A stretch of DNA of 63,072 nt, filler included, from a bacterium (GCA_027062325.1; 7 parts of 7 records of this genome joined end to end with filler, not necessarily neighbours in it); one strand, 5' to 3'; shown: positions 1 to 9,871, counted from the first letter of the whole stretch. Notes: generated by a model from the letters alone, not told the origin. Made by a program: numbers and translations.

Positions 1-1
1 A

Positions 2-1837
2 CATGCAGTGTAGACGCTTTTGATATGTGATTATAGCATTTGTTAATTCGCTTTCATCAAAGTTGTAAGTAAGATTTACATTCATAGACGAGCGCCAATA
101 AAAGCTGTTGTTCAAGCGTGTTGAAAATTTGAGTGACATACTGTGAAACGAAAGGTCTTCGGGATCCAGGTTTCCAGAAGCTGTGAGATTCCAAACGTCA
201 CGCATTTTATATGAAGCGTTCATTCCAAGACTTGAAACCTTTGCATCCCAGTTAAGTTTAAAAAAATCAGAAATTTCAGTATTGTTCATGTTTATTCCCG
301 CAGATAGACTAAGGCTTAAACTCTTCCCATCTTCATTGTAGCGAAGATTTAGAGATGATGCACCTGAGGTGAAGTGTTGATTTACAAAGTCATAGGTTCC
401 TGAAAATAGGGTGAATGAAAGGTTTGAGTTACCAAGTTTTTTACTTCCCGTAAAACTCATACTCATACTCTCACCTTCGGAAACTAAGCCCATTCGCCAT
501 TCTTGGTGTTCCCAGCGTTGAGTTTTCTTGTAGTTAAAGTTTGAGTTTAGAAAGAAGAAGCGACGTGAATAACCGGCATTGTAAACTAAAGATACTGAGT
601 TATTTCCGTTTGCTGGGATGAGGTAGGTGTAAGAGGAAGAGAGTCTAAGTTTTCCGTTTATTAGTGGGGGCGTTATAGGAGTTTTGTTTGCAGTGAAAGT
701 AAATAGTTTGTCAGTATAACTTTTTTTACCAGCGTAGCTTATCTGCTCGCGACGTGTGTACTCAATTTTAGTGTTGAGAGAAAGTCCTAAGCCTTCTATA
801 CGCTTTGGCTTAAGATTTATGGTTATTTTAGGAAAGTAGAATGTTCCGGTGTAGTTTTTATCTCCATCCAATGAGAACTGCCTGTTGAAGATCATATTGA
901 TTGTGTATGCACGAGCGTTGTAAGTACTGTTTACATTAATGCGAGCAGTAGTCACGGCTGGAGAGTTGGAAGAGTCTATTCTATATATTCCTCCGTTTGT
1001 GGAAAGAGAGATGTTACCAAGTGTTTTTTCACGATGCAAAAATTTCCACTCTAGCCTTTTTTGGTGAGTAACTCCGTTATCAGAGTAATTGATGCTTTGA
1101 GAAAATGTGCGTTTAGCAGAATCTTTTTTTCTGCTGGCAGATATTGAAGAACCTTTTTTAGTTGTCAGGTTGAATGAGTAGCTCCAACCTTCAGACTTTC
1201 CAAATTCGTAGCCTCTTCCTCTGTAAAAAAGTCCCAGAGTTGAAGAGTAGCCTAAACGCCATGAGAATATCGGCTCTTCTTCCAATGAAATTTTCTTAGC
1301 AGGGTAATAGAAGACCGGATGATCTTTTATATATAGCTTTATGTGCCTGATTTCGAGCCATTTGTTTGGCTTGCCATAGGCTTCTTTAAAACGGATCGAC
1401 CAGTGTGGCGGATGCTCTGGACAGCTTGTTATGTAGCCGCCCTGTGGAACGCGAATTCCAGAGTAGTCGAATGATAGGTGATTAAGTTGATAGATGAAGG
1501 CTCCACTCTTCATGCGAGCATTTTCAACTTCGCCTTTGTAATTCTTGAGGTCGTAGAATACTTGTGAGCCGTATATGTTTTGTTCTCCGCCTTGTCTGAA
1601 GAAAACTTCACAGCTTCCTAGTATGACGGCGCGTTTATTGGTAGTATCTACCTCAATAACGTTTCCTGATACATCTATGTCTTTTTTTGATACAAATCCA
1701 TCACGAATGTAGACTCTATCTTCCGTTAAGTACCACTCAAGCCACTTACCTCCAACTTTGACCTTTGCAAGTAGAATATGTGAAAAGAGTAAAATTGCTA
1801 AAAGCCCCCACGTAAATCCAGCCTTTATTTTAAGCAT
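2..1837 (-). CDS. lptD: LPS-assembly protein LptD-like outer-membrane beta-barrel (3' end runs off the window)
   Basis: Not in the ORF track. Partial hand translation from ATG 1837 gives signal peptide MLKIKAGFTWGLLAILLFSHILLA, an OstA-like N-domain, the motif YITSCPEHPPHWSIRF (LptD TTC..P.W), and QKRLHCM at the window edge (RDLHCW-like). The middle of the frame was not checked codon by codon. Confidence 0.75.
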   Translation of the reverse strand, partial: MLKIKAGFTWGLLAILLFSHILLAKVKVGGKWLEWYLTEDRVYIRDGFVSKKDIDVSGNVIEVDTTNKRAVILGSCEVFFRQGGEQNIYGSQVFYDLKNYKGEVENARMKSGAFIYQLNHLSFDYSGIRVPQGGYITSCPEHPPHWSIRFKEAYGKPNKWLEIRHIKLYIKDHPVFYYPAKKISLEEEPIFSWRLGYSSTLGLFYRGRGYEFGKSEGWSYSFNLTTKKGSSISASRKKDSAKRTFSQSINYSDNGVTHQKRLEWKFLHREKTLGNISLSTNGGIYRIDSSNSPAVTTARINVNSTYNARAYTINMIFNRQFSLDGDKNYTGTFYFPKITINLKPKRIEGLGLSLNTKIEYTRREQISYAGKKSYTDKLFTFTANKTPITPPLINGKLRLSSSYTYLIPANGNNSVSLVYNAGYSRRFFFLNSNFNYKKTQRWEHQEWRMGLVSEGESMSMSFTGSKKLGNSNLSFTLFSGTYDFVNQHFTSGASSLNLRYNEDGKSLSLSLSAGINMNNTEISDFFKLNWDAKVSSLGMNASYKMRDVWNLTASGNLDPEDLSFHSMSLKFSTRLNNSFYWRSSMNVNLTYNFDESELTNAIITYQKRLHCM

Positions 1838-1857
1838 AAATTTGTGTTCATTCCCCC

Positions 1858-2793
1858 TTATAAACAACCGTAATGCAACTTGGCTTCTGCTATCTGAACA
1901 GCGTTATATGCGGCACCTTTTAAAAGGTTGTCTGCTACTATCCACATGGCAAGTGAATGCTCATCAAAAATTTCGATCTTTCCAATAAAGACAGCGTAAT
2001 TCCCAGCAGATTCTTTTGGAGTTACTGCGCGTTTTAGAATGAGGTGAGGCTCGAATTTTCTCAAAGCTTCTAGAAGAGTTAACCGAGAGATTCTGCGTTT
2101 GGTCTTGATGTAAACTGCCTCACCGTGGGAACGAAAAGTTGAGACTCGCACAGTTATTGAACGTGGATGCACATCGGATGATGTAATTTTAGCGTATTCT
2201 GTAGATATTTTTTCCTCTTCTTGGTTTGTATAGAATACAGAGTCTTTTTCCCCTTTTTGAGTGCCAACTAGTGGAACACAGTTGTCATGCCAAATGCTGT
2301 CTTCATCTTGCCATTCAGATATGAGTTTTTTACCACCGCCGGATACAGATTGATAAGTTGCTACAAACATATCTTCAATCCCAAAGTGCTTGAGAATTGG
2401 ATAGGTTGCTACGGCAAGCTGCGCAGTTGAGCAGTTTGGGTTTGCTACGAGAATAGAAGTTGCTCTATGTGAGTTTATGGGAGGTACCACTATCGGAGTC
2501 TCGCGGTGAAATCTGAAGGCTGAGCTGTTATCTATTGTGTGAATTTTTCTTGAGAAAAACTCTGGTAGAATCTTAGCTGCGATGTCTGTCGAAAGAGCAC
2601 TGAATACTAAATCACACTCCACAAAGCGAATTTGAGTTACTTTAACCTGTCCCCACTTTGTTTCAATTTTTTTTCCTTCACTTTCTTTTGATGCCATTAA
2701 TATGAGTTCGGTGGGTTGAAGACTTGAATTTTCAAGGCATTTTAATATCTCACTTCCAACAACACCGGTTGCACCAAGTATTGCAATTCTCAT
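1858..2793 (-). CDS. asd: Aspartate-semialdehyde dehydrogenase
   Basis: GATGVVG Rossmann motif, IDNSSAFR, catalytic ANPNCST, TYQSVSGGG, VADNLLKGAAYNAVQIAE. Confidence 0.93.
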   Translation of the reverse strand: MRIAILGATGVVGSEILKCLENSSLQPTELILMASKESEGKKIETKWGQVKVTQIRFVECDLVFSALSTDIAAKILPEFFSRKIHTIDNSSAFRFHRETPIVVPPINSHRATSILVANPNCSTAQLAVATYPILKHFGIEDMFVATYQSVSGGGKKLISEWQDEDSIWHDNCVPLVGTQKGEKDSVFYTNQEEEKISTEYAKITSSDVHPRSITVRVSTFRSHGEAVYIKTKRRISRLTLLEALRKFEPHLILKRAVTPKESAGNYAVFIGKIEIFDEHSLAMWIVADNLLKGAAYNAVQIAEAKLHYGCL

Positions 2794-2921
2794 GAATGTT
2801 CCCCCGCTCTTCCAAGTAGTTGATTCTAATTCGATAAAAATATTTTAAACCACGCTTGTTGCAAAGTCTATTGAGACTTGTATGGTAAAATCGGAGTGTA
2901 AATGAGAAAAGAGAGGCGATA

Positions 2922-3998
2922 TTGTTGGAAAATGCTGTGAAGTCGGTATTAGTGGCAGTAGAGCTTCCAGATTATATTCCGGATATTCAAGAAACTATAA
3001 GGCTTTGTGAAACTTATGGATCAAAGATAGGAGAAGTTTTTTATCAGAAAAGAAGGGAGCCTGATCCTGCTTACTTTATTGGGCGTGGAAAAGTAGAAAT
3101 GGTGAGAGAATTTATAAAATTAAATGGCATAGAACTTGCGATTTTTGATAACACGCTCACGGGAAGCCAACTTGCGAACTTACAAGATGTACTGGAGTGT
3201 GAAGTACTGGATAGAGTTGAGTTGATCTGCCGCATATTTGAAAAGCATGCAACGACTCTGGAGGGAAAATTACAGACTCAGTATGCACTTTTGAAGGTGC
3301 AGCTGGCGAAGTTAAAGGGACGAGGTGTTGAGCTTTCGCGTCTTGGTGGAGGAATTGGAACTAGAGGTCCGGGAGAGCGCCAAATTGAGCGTGAAAGGAG
3401 AGCTATAAGGAAGAGATTGGCAGCGTTAAAGAAGCAACTGGAAGAAATTGAGAAAAATTTTGAGACTCAGTCACGGCGACGCCGGCAGAGTTTAGCAACG
3501 GTTGCTCTTGTAGGTTATACAAATGCTGGTAAGTCAACTCTTTTTAAGAGAATAACGAATGTAGATGTTCTGGCTACGGATAAATTGTTTGCGACGCTTT
3601 CTAATAAAGGAAAGGTTGTGTGGTGGAAGGGAAAAAAGTTCTTCTTGGTTGATACTATAGGTTTTATTAAAAATCTTCCTCATGAGTTAATAGATGCTTT
3701 TAAGGCTACATTAAAGGTGGTGTTAGAAGCAAGAGTAGCACTTCTTGTTCTTGATATAAGAAAGGAGAGGGAAGTGGATATTGTAAATGAAGTGCTGGAT
3801 GATATTGGATTTGAGGGTAGAAGGATAGTTGCGTTGAACAAGGTAGATTTATTGGGGGAAGAGGAGGCAGCGTTGAAGATTGGAAACATGAAAAGTAGAT
3901 TTGGACAAGATGTGATTGCAATCAGTGCGTTGAGAGGAGAAGGAGTTAGAAGATTACTTGATGTGGTTGTTGAGGTTTTAGATGAAGGAGGCTTATAG
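2922..3998 (+). CDS. hflX: GTPase HflX
   Basis: LSRLGGGIGTRGPGE, GYTNAGKST, DKLFATL, DTIGFI, NKVD. Confidence 0.96.
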   Translation: MLENAVKSVLVAVELPDYIPDIQETIRLCETYGSKIGEVFYQKRREPDPAYFIGRGKVEMVREFIKLNGIELAIFDNTLTGSQLANLQDVLECEVLDRVELICRIFEKHATTLEGKLQTQYALLKVQLAKLKGRGVELSRLGGGIGTRGPGERQIERERRAIRKRLAALKKQLEEIEKNFETQSRRRRQSLATVALVGYTNAGKSTLFKRITNVDVLATDKLFATLSNKGKVVWWKGKKFFLVDTIGFIKNLPHELIDAFKATLKVVLEARVALLVLDIRKEREVDIVNEVLDDIGFEGRRIVALNKVDLLGEEEAALKIGNMKSRFGQDVIAISALRGEGVRRLLDVVVEVLDEGGL

Positions 3999-4013
3999 TG
4001 AGGGGGGAATGAG

Positions 4014-4670
4014 TTGAGGGAGGCAATTGTATTTCTGTTGGTAGTTGTTGCAGTCATGCTTTTTTTGACTTATCGGGAATCCTCGCTTTTAAAAAAAAGG
4101 GTGAATAATGTTTACGTTTTGAATTTAAATCTTGATGAGGATGAGTTTATAAGGGAAGTTGAATTAGAGGAGGTTAAAGAGCAGTTTACAAAAGCTCTCG
4201 AGAATGTAAAGGTAAGAAAAAGAATAAAGAAGAGAGTAAAAAAGGATTTATGGAAAAAGGTGCTGCCATCTCTTGGAAAGGTTACAGAGGAGAAAATTGC
4301 AGCAGCTTTGCGAGTTGTGAAAAGAAGCTTAAAAGATGGAAATAGAGATAAGGCTGCAGAAGTGTTTTTTAGGTTAGTGGTTTCAAAACCAGAGTATGTA
4401 AAATATGATGAATGGGGGTTGATAGACTATTTAATTAAAAAATACGAGCAGAAGAAGGCTTTGAATCCAAAAGACTGGGTTGTCAGAGTCCGATTGGGGT
4501 GGTTGTATTATCGAAGGACGCGTTTGAAGGATTCTCTATATGAATTTATAAAAGCGTATAAAATTGCTGACAGCGAGGGTATCTCTTCCCATGTTTTAAA
4601 GAAGATAGGTTGGTGGGTTGCAAAGGTAAAAGGAGAGTTGAAGTATATTTTAAAGGAGGGAGCGAGATGA
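4014..4670 (+). CDS. Membrane-anchored hypothetical protein with C-terminal TPR-like helices
   Basis: N-terminal hydrophobic helix; LNPKD...RLGWLYY TPR-like segment; lies in the operon after hflX. Confidence 0.6.
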   Translation: MREAIVFLLVVVAVMLFLTYRESSLLKKRVNNVYVLNLNLDEDEFIREVELEEVKEQFTKALENVKVRKRIKKRVKKDLWKKVLPSLGKVTEEKIAAALRVVKRSLKDGNRDKAAEVFFRLVVSKPEYVKYDEWGLIDYLIKKYEQKKALNPKDWVVRVRLGWLYYRRTRLKDSLYEFIKAYKIADSEGISSHVLKKIGWWVAKVKGELKYILKEGAR

Positions 4671-5386
4671 CCAGGGTCAAGTTTGGTGGGTTGGTTCACG
4701 ATGTAAAGTTAGTCTGTTTTGATAAAGATGGAACACTTATAGACTTGGAGGTTTGGAAAGAGGTTCTAGAGGCAAGGCGCAAGCGTTTGCACGAATTGTT
4801 TCCGGGAAGGGAGAGGGAGATAGATCAGGCATTGTTTATAGATGAGAATGGGAAGTATGATTTTATAAAGTTTATGAATACTCCGAGACGCGATAATATT
4901 GAAAGAATTGTCATGCTTCTCAACATGGCTGGGGAACGAGTAGATTACGAGATGATAGATAATGTATTGAATGAGGTTGATTTTTCGTTTGGAGATAAGT
5001 TGATAAGACCCATTAAAGGGGCAGTTGAAGTGGTTAACACTTTGAGAAAGGCTGGCGTGAAGGTTTATGTTGTTACAGCAGATGGAATAAAAAGAGCAAA
5101 TTACGTGTTGGAGAAGGCAGGAATAGAAGTTGATTTTGTAGTGGGAAGTGATAATCTTCCTTGGAAAAAGCCAGCTTATGAGTTATTAGTCTGGATTGCT
5201 GAGAAAGAAGGGATTGTATTTGAAGAGATTGCGGTAGTTGGAGATACTCCTAATGATATAAAGTTTGCTCATGGGAAAGCTTTGGCTGTTGGAGTCAGAA
5301 CTGGATTTGGTAGCATAGTTGATTTGGAGAGTTATAATCCTGATGTAATAATGGATGGTGTTTGGCAAATAGAGGTGCTTAAGTAG
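4667..5386 (+). CDS. HAD-family hydrolase (phosphoglycolate phosphatase-like)
   Basis: FDKDGTL motif I, VVT motif II, KKP, VGDTPND motif IV; start re-set to the ATGA overlap with SD AAGGAGG. Confidence 0.88.
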   Translation: MTRVKFGGLVHDVKLVCFDKDGTLIDLEVWKEVLEARRKRLHELFPGREREIDQALFIDENGKYDFIKFMNTPRRDNIERIVMLLNMAGERVDYEMIDNVLNEVDFSFGDKLIRPIKGAVEVVNTLRKAGVKVYVVTADGIKRANYVLEKAGIEVDFVVGSDNLPWKKPAYELLVWIAEKEGIVFEEIAVVGDTPNDIKFAHGKALAVGVRTGFGSIVDLESYNPDVIMDGVWQIEVLK

Positions 5387-5410
5387 CATCTATAAAAGTT
5401 GAATTGATAG

Positions 5411-5440
5411 TTGAAATACGACTTAGATGTTGAGTAAAAT
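5411..5440 (+). promoter_or_regulatory. Sigma70-type promoter upstream of tRNA-Gln
   Basis: TTGAAA-N18-TAAAAT. Confidence 0.45.
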
Positions 5441-5463
5441 AATAATTGTGAGCTTTTGATCGC

Positions 5464-5535
5464 TGGGGGGTCGTCCAATCGGCAGGACATCGGACTTTGG
5501 CTCCGAGAATCCAGGTTCGAATCCTGGCCCCCCAG
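5464..5535 (+). tRNA. tRNA-Gln(TTG), CCA not encoded
   Basis: Acceptor stem TGGGGGG/CCCCCCA (U1-A72), anticodon arm TCGGA-CTTTGGC-TCCGA, T arm CCAGG-TTCGAAT-CCTGG. Confidence 0.96.
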
Positions 5536-5570
5536 CTTAATTTTTTAGATTTATTTTTAGGGAGTTTGAG

Positions 5571-6236
5571 ATGGATATTGAAGTTGTGTTGCCCCAGATT
5601 AAAAAAAGGGTTGAAGATTTTAGAAGTGTGTGGCGTTCAAAAAATGAGGTTGTGATATTAAAGGAGGCTGTATTTTGTCTCTTAACTCCTCAATCTAAAG
5701 CTGTTGTCTGTTGGGAGGCAGTAGAGAGGTTATTTGAGAATTTTGGATTAGAAGGGGTTTTCAATTTGTTTCCTGTTGATATTGAGATTAGGTTGCGGGG
5801 TGTAAGGTTTAGGAGAAATAAAGCTGGTTACATTGCCAAGTTTTTAGAAAGGATTGAAGAGAGTGGTGGGGTGCTGAGATGGCTTGATAGATATTTTAAA
5901 TCGGTGGGTGTTGAGTTGAATGATGAGTTCAGTTTAGAGGATCAGTTTAAGTTGCGTAATGCTTTGGCCCAAGAGATTAAGGGATACGGTTTAAAAGAGG
6001 CTACGCATTTTTTAAGAAATATAGGTGTAGCAATGGATCTTGCGATCCTTGATCGTCATATATTAAAAGGAATGCTTGAAGAAGGTGTGATAAGGCAGCT
6101 TCCAACGAGTTTGAGTGCTAAGAGATATTTTGAGTTTGAAAAAAAGTTTATTGAGTGGGCGACTAAGAAGAAGTTAAGGCCGGTGGAGCTTGATCTTTTT
6201 CTCTGGTACAAAAAAACAGGTTTTGTATTTAAATAA
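5571..6236 (+). CDS. ogg: 8-oxoguanine DNA glycosylase/AP lyase (Ogg2, archaeal/Thermotoga type)
   Basis: FCLLTPQS, HhH motif KGYGLKEATHFLRN, AILDRH, C-terminal Lys. Confidence 0.9.
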   Translation: MDIEVVLPQIKKRVEDFRSVWRSKNEVVILKEAVFCLLTPQSKAVVCWEAVERLFENFGLEGVFNLFPVDIEIRLRGVRFRRNKAGYIAKFLERIEESGGVLRWLDRYFKSVGVELNDEFSLEDQFKLRNALAQEIKGYGLKEATHFLRNIGVAMDLAILDRHILKGMLEEGVIRQLPTSLSAKRYFEFEKKFIEWATKKKLRPVELDLFLWYKKTGFVFK

Positions 6237-6255
6237 TGGAGTGGAGTGAGTTAAA

Positions 6256-6828
6256 GTGAAAAAACTCACCAAACGTCGTATAAAGCGAATAGAAGAAGTT
6301 GTTGCGAAGCGCCAACCTGATTTGTTGGTGGCTCTTAATGCTATAAAAAATCCTCACAATGCAAGTGCAATTGCAAGGACAGCTGATGCGGTTGGAATAT
6401 ACCAGCTATATACTGATAATGCCATGCTTTTTAAAGCGTCTACCTCAAAGGGAGCACACAGATGGCTGATTATAAATTACGTTCAAGATATGCCTTCTTT
6501 TCTCAAGCAAAAGAGGAGAGAAGGCTTTCAAGTGGTAGTGACCTATGTGCACGGTGGAGTTCCTTACACCGAGATTGATTACACCAAGCCTACCGTGTTA
6601 GTCATGGGAAATGAAGCAGAAGGTGTGGAAGAAGAAGTTTTGGAAGTTGCAGATAAAAGAATTTGGATACCGATGTACGGCATGGTTGAAAGTTTAAATG
6701 TTTCTGTTGCAACAGCTGTGATATTGTATGAGGCGCTTAAACAACGTCAGACTGCTGGATTTTACAATAAAATTAGGCTTGAGGATAGCGAAAGGAGAAG
6801 GTTAATAGAGTACTACACAGGAAAGTAA
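6256..6828 (+). CDS. trmH: tRNA (guanosine(18)-2'-O)-methyltransferase, SPOUT family
   Basis: NPHNASAIARTADAVG, VMGNEAEG, IPMYGMVESLNVSVA. Confidence 0.88.
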   Translation: MKKLTKRRIKRIEEVVAKRQPDLLVALNAIKNPHNASAIARTADAVGIYQLYTDNAMLFKASTSKGAHRWLIINYVQDMPSFLKQKRREGFQVVVTYVHGGVPYTEIDYTKPTVLVMGNEAEGVEEEVLEVADKRIWIPMYGMVESLNVSVATAVILYEALKQRQTAGFYNKIRLEDSERRRLIEYYTGK

Positions 6829-6892
6829 GAAGCTTACGTTAGGTATGGGTAGTCTTTTAAAGTGAAAAGAGAATTTTTGCTAGATTAATAAG

Positions 6893-6920
6893 AAAGGCTG
6901 CCCTGAAGGGGCAGCCTTTT
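6893..6920. terminator. Bidirectional intrinsic terminator
   Basis: AAAGGCTGCCC-TGAAG-GGGCAGCCTTTT between convergent genes. Confidence 0.85.
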
Positions 6921-6956
6921 ATTGAGAGACTTATCTTTCGTTTTGGCAAAATAAAT

Positions 6957-7079
6957 TTATTGCTTTTCATCAATCTTTTGACACCTTACCAAGTTAAAGC
7001 GAGGATCATGCTTGAGTTCATAGATAAGAGTTACTTCGCGTCCATCAACTTTTAACGACACTTCCTTGATCTCGTTCAT
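6957..7079 (-). CDS. Small hypothetical protein, 40 aa (MNEIKEVSLKVDGREVTLIYELKHDPRFNLVRCQKIDEKQ)
   Basis: Below the ORF-track cutoff; strong SD AAAGGAGG 7 nt upstream, sigma28-like promoter upstream, terminator downstream. Confidence 0.6.
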   Translation of the reverse strand: MNEIKEVSLKVDGREVTLIYELKHDPRFNLVRCQKIDEKQ

Positions 7080-7115
7080 CTGCAGCCCTCCTTTCAATAG
7101 TCTGTTCAATTATTG

Positions 7116-7142
7116 TAATCGGCAAAAATATTTCTGCAATTA
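7116..7142 (-). promoter_or_regulatory. Putative sigma28 (FliA) promoter
   Basis: TAAT-N15-GCCGATTA versus consensus TAAA-N15-GCCGATAA. Confidence 0.55.
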
Positions 7143-7163
7143 CTTTATTTAAACATGGTTCAG

Positions 7164-8297
7164 TTAATCTTGGGTGATGAACTTCTTTGAATCACCAGTT
7201 GCCCAAGGAAGGCTTTCTAACTCATTTAAAAGCCAAATAAGGGCTTTATATACGTTGTCAGAAATAGGTTTTATCTGTGTTTGATCTGGTATAAACCATT
7301 TACCTAGCTCGAATACAAATGGATAAGCTTTAGCTTTTGCATACAACCAATCAAGCTCTATACCACTTGCTATGTAAAGAGAACTAGCAGGTTCTGGGGT
7401 GTAGTTGCCAAGGAGCTTTGCCATTCCAGAGGCTAAGTGTTCAAATATTTCTCTTTGAGGAACTGAATTTTTTGTGAATCCATATGGATAAAGTACCAGT
7501 CCTGAGTAGCTGTGCATGGATACTACTGCTTTTGGTGAAACCTTTAAAATAAAGTCTCTAAATGCTTGAGTTTCTTTTTCTGAAAATGGAGCTGGGCCAC
7601 GATAAGTAGAAGAACTTTCCCAACTAGAGGCGCCCCCTTCGCCCCAGTGGTAGCCATAGTTTCTATTTAGATCAACTCCGTAGTAATCTCCGTGAAGATG
7701 ACGTCTATTTTTTCTCCACATTGTGTACTTTGTCATAGAGTAGACAAGACCATCGGGATTGAGAACAGGTATGACGTATATAGTGTACTTTTTGAGAAGA
7801 TTAGCTGCCTTTTTGTCATTTGATAAACGCATTGCAAAGCGAATTGCAGCTTCTGATGAGATCCATTCTCTAGCGTGATGAAGTCCTACCAAAACAAATG
7901 AGACGGGGCCGGACCCAAATTTTACACCTAGTATATCTCTGCCTTCCCAAGATTTACCAATGTTTATAAGAGTGCATTTGCCACTGGATGCTAACTCCTT
8001 CAATTTGCTTACAATCTCTTCGTAAGTCATGTATCCCTGATTTGTCCTGAGAGTTTCTATGTCTTTTTTATTAACTATCTTAAATTTTTTCAAGATATCA
8101 AGTTCTTTTTGGGAGTGAACAATCACATCTGCTATTCCATTTTTAAATGAAGCAATGTCAAGCTGTGATTGTAATTGTTTTGCAAATTCAGGGGATACGC
8201 GAACTTGCACAAATTTTGGAAAATGCTTTGTAAATGCAAAACTTAAAAAGAATACACTCAGCACCAATAAAACTAATACTCTACCCACATACTTCAT
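7164..8297 (-). CDS. Secreted M14 zinc carboxypeptidase (carboxypeptidase T-like)
   Basis: Signal peptide from MKYVGRV (SD GGAGG), HHAREW, WRKNR, GVDLNRN, SMHSYS, FVFEL. Confidence 0.9.
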   Translation of the reverse strand: MKYVGRVLVLLVLSVFFLSFAFTKHFPKFVQVRVSPEFAKQLQSQLDIASFKNGIADVIVHSQKELDILKKFKIVNKKDIETLRTNQGYMTYEEIVSKLKELASSGKCTLINIGKSWEGRDILGVKFGSGPVSFVLVGLHHAREWISSEAAIRFAMRLSNDKKAANLLKKYTIYVIPVLNPDGLVYSMTKYTMWRKNRRHLHGDYYGVDLNRNYGYHWGEGGASSWESSSTYRGPAPFSEKETQAFRDFILKVSPKAVVSMHSYSGLVLYPYGFTKNSVPQREIFEHLASGMAKLLGNYTPEPASSLYIASGIELDWLYAKAKAYPFVFELGKWFIPDQTQIKPISDNVYKALIWLLNELESLPWATGDSKKFITQD

Positions 8298-8368
8298 CCT
8301 CCATCCCTCCTTAACTCCTAAATTCAGGGATTCTACCCACTTCACTATTATTATAAGGATGACTAACA

Positions 8369-9733
8369 TTAGGGTGCCACGTCTGTAGTCTGCAATCTGT
8401 ATGGCTCAGGAACTGAAAGTTCGTTAATCTTGCCTTGTTTTATAAATACTTCTCGAATATCTTCGACTGCTCTTGCGTCTATCAAATCCACTTTAACCAT
8501 CTCTCGCATCATGGCTATGGCTTCCTCAGCTGGCATTCCGCGACGATATGAGCGATGTTCTGTGAGAGCTTGGAATATGTCCAGAGCTGCCATGAGACGG
8601 CATTCGTAAGAAAGATTAGCTGCTTTTTTCTTCTCAGGATATCCTGTTCCGTTTAACTTCTCGTGATGATTACCTGCCCAGCTGGCAACTTTTTCAAAAT
8701 GTGGGATTGTACGAAGAATTCTCTTAGTAAGGTAGACGTGGAATTTTATTATTTCGAATTCACGAGTCGTTAATTTTCCCGGTTTATCAAGGATTTTGGT
8801 AGGTATGGCTAGTTTCCCAATATCATGAAGTGCTGCTGCAGTTGCAAACATAAATTTGCGTTGAGTGTTATAACCGTAATAATCTGCCATTATGAGGGCT
8901 TTTTCAGTAATTCCTGTAGTGTGGTAGCCTGTAAATTGACTTTTTGAATCTATAAGTTTTACAAAACTATCGGATAGGGTAAAAATATAACCCCAATCGG
9001 CCAAAATTTTGTTTTCAGGTAAAAATGAGGATAAGTAAGAGGCATCCAAGGTGAATATGTCAAACCAAAACTTTTCACGCTCAGAAATTTTTAGAAAACC
9101 TTCGACTACGTAGGGATCAAAAAGTTTGCCGGACAATTTTTTAGCAGCTTCGATTATATCGTTGGTGTTGGGAGTGTATGGGTTAATATTGAAGGTTGTA
9201 TCTATCCAGTCTGCTAATCTGACAATTCTTGCTCCAAGGGGAATATTATCTCCGGAAAGACCAAATGGACCAGAACCATCCCAATTTTCGTGATGATATA
9301 AGATTATCTTCTCGTCTAGTTTTTTAAATGGGAAACCGCGCACATTTTCTGCCCCGACCTCACAGTGCATTGAAAGACTCTCGGCATAATTCAGCATGTC
9401 TTTTTTACTCATAAATATACGCTTTTTGAAAAAAGACAATGTAGTTTCAATAAATCCATTATCATGCAGAAGACCACAGTAGAATATGTCTAAAACTTCG
9501 TCTTCAGGTAATCCCAGTCCTCTCGAGATCATTAGAGAAAGGTACGCAACATTCCATGAATGATTAGAAAGTGAAAAATTTTCCATGAGTGCGTAATCGA
9601 TACTGTGCGCCAGTGCTTTTACGAATTTGTTCAAGTCAAATTCAAAGAAATTTTTCAATTCGGAAGAAAGCTCATTTTTATCAGACTTAGCAGAATTACT
9701 TACTGTGTTTGAATTGTTGTTCATTTGGCCCAC
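8369..9733 (-). CDS. Tandem HD-GYP domain cyclic-dinucleotide phosphodiesterase
   Basis: Two HD modules: LLHDNG...HHENWDGSGP and LHDIGK...HHEKLNGTGYP. Confidence 0.88.
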   Translation of the reverse strand: MGQMNNNSNTVSNSAKSDKNELSSELKNFFEFDLNKFVKALAHSIDYALMENFSLSNHSWNVAYLSLMISRGLGLPEDEVLDIFYCGLLHDNGFIETTLSFFKKRIFMSKKDMLNYAESLSMHCEVGAENVRGFPFKKLDEKIILYHHENWDGSGPFGLSGDNIPLGARIVRLADWIDTTFNINPYTPNTNDIIEAAKKLSGKLFDPYVVEGFLKISEREKFWFDIFTLDASYLSSFLPENKILADWGYIFTLSDSFVKLIDSKSQFTGYHTTGITEKALIMADYYGYNTQRKFMFATAAALHDIGKLAIPTKILDKPGKLTTREFEIIKFHVYLTKRILRTIPHFEKVASWAGNHHEKLNGTGYPEKKKAANLSYECRLMAALDIFQALTEHRSYRRGMPAEEAIAMMREMVKVDLIDARAVEDIREVFIKQGKINELSVPEPYRLQTTDVAP

Positions 9734-9839
9734 CTCGTAAACTTGTAAAGTTGAGTGGTTATATTTATCTCTATAATCCCTATATTTTATATTATAAATC
9801 TTAAACTCAATTTGAACCTCTGTTTAATATATTGAAAAG

Positions 9840-9864
9840 AAAGTGCTCCCTTAAGGGGCACTTT
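9840..9864 (-). terminator. Intrinsic terminator after aspS
   Basis: Minus strand AAAGTGCCCC-TTAAG-GGAGCACTTT followed by a T-rich tail. Confidence 0.75.
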
Positions 9865-9871
9865 TTATGGT

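Noticed and set aside
1825-1851. ATG at 1851 (minus) as the lptD start
   Set aside because: It hits TAA after 8 codons; the long frame starts at ATG 1837
5464-5535. tRNA genes as integration sites for mobile elements
   Set aside because: No integrase, duplicated tRNA 3' end or phage/IS genes seen near either tRNA
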